Shown in pieces: positions 63,568 to 64,000 of a stretch of DNA of 64,000 nt. The position numbers were made by a program, and so were the translations under genes. The stretch is taken from the NCBI GenBank assembly GCA_963758035.1, contig CAVWTW010000008.1:34917-98916 (forward strand), written 5' to 3'. The notes beneath the pieces were generated by a model, which did not search any database, was not told where the DNA came from, and worked only from the letters and a program-made list of their open reading frames with translations. The DNA comes from an uncultured Actinomycetota bacterium (GTDB lineage Bacteria > Actinomycetota > Thermoleophilia > Solirubrobacterales > Solirubrobacteraceae). The stretch's first letter is position 1; the number at the start of each line of letters is the position of its first letter.

Positions 63568-64000
63568 ATGACGAGGAACACGTCCTCGTCCTCCTCCACC
63601 GCCCCGCTCACGCTGGGCACCGCCGGACACATCGATCACGGCAAGACCGCTCTGGTCCGCGCGCTCACCGGCGTCGACACCGACCGGCTCCCGGAGGAGC
63701 GCGAGCGCGGCATCTCCATCGCGCTCGGCTACGCGCCGCTGGCCCTGCCCTCCGGGCGGCGGCTGTCGCTCGTCGACGTCCCGGGCCACGAGCGCTTCGT
63801 CCGGACGATGGTCGCGGGGGCGTCCGGGATCGATCTGTACCTGATGGTGGTCGCGGCCGACGATGGGGTCATGCCCCAGAGCGTCGAGCACGCCGCCGTC
63901 CTGCGCGCCCTCGACGTCACCGCCGGCATCGTGGCCATCACCAAGGCCGACCTCGCCGACCCGGGGCGCGCCATGCAGGAGGCCCGGGCGCTGCTGCCCG
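63568..64000 (+). CDS. selB: selenocysteine-specific elongation factor SelB, N-terminal part (runs off the window end)
   Basis: Not in the ORF track because it has no stop within the window. My translation from ATG 63568 is [51 protein letters not shown]...[17 protein letters not shown]...AITKADL, giving the G1, G2, G3 and G4 boxes of SelB/EF-Tu-type GTPases. Confidence 0.9.
   Translation, partial: MTRNTSSSSSTAPLTLGTAGHIDHGKTALVRALTGVDTDRLPEERERGISIALGYAPLALPSGRRLSLVDVPGHERFVRTMVAGASGIDLYLMVVAADDGVMPQSVEHAAVLRALDVTAGIVAITKADLADPGRAMQEARALLP

Overview
This is a very GC-rich (about 70% by eye), densely coding bacterial chromosome segment. Twin-arginine and lipobox signals, F420-type enzymes, ECF41 sigma factors, 4-nt ATGA gene overlaps and leaderless-looking starts point to a high-GC Actinomycetota genome; I cannot determine the order from sequence alone. 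I can support about 62 protein-coding genes, one probable pseudogene, one tRNA (tRNA-Sec), two promoter/operator sites, a few hairpin terminators and several short tandem repeats. I found no rRNA, CRISPR array, transposase, integrase, phage gene or recognisable defence or toxin-antitoxin gene. Content in order: (1) a glucosamine/chitosan-oligosaccharide locus (ABC transporter, ROK regulator, MsiK-like ATPase, CsxA-like GH2). (2) furA-catalase. (3) an MgtE-N/CBS plus DUF1003 pair. (4) monomeric isocitrate dehydrogenase followed by an orphan STAND NTPase. (5) a MarR / dienelactone hydrolase / YceI / NlpC-P60 block. (6) GH79-like, NAT, DUF2332 and a SemiSWEET-like gene. (7) poorly characterised envelope proteins (Sel1-repeat, Ig-like). 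(8) F420 and other oxidoreductases and nadK. (9) a small exported protein plus a SipW-type signal peptidase fused to a DUF5305-like module. (10) a LysR / DyP-like / nitronate monooxygenase block. (11) two ECF41 sigma factors (one with a textbook ECF41 promoter) and later a third NTF2-fused ECF sigma. (12) secreted hydrolases. (13) an aromatic ammonia-lyase diverging from a feruloyl-CoA-synthase-type ligase. (14) selD-selC-selB at the right edge. No clear-cut new system is proven. The best candidates for uncharacterised biology are the SipW-DUF5305 fusion module, the selD/tRNA-Sec/selB micro-operon architecture, the lyase/CoA-ligase pair and the MgtE-N/DUF1003 pair. All family assignments come from reading motifs by eye, with no database search. 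Many long ORFs in the supplied track are antisense shadows typical of high-GC DNA and were not called.
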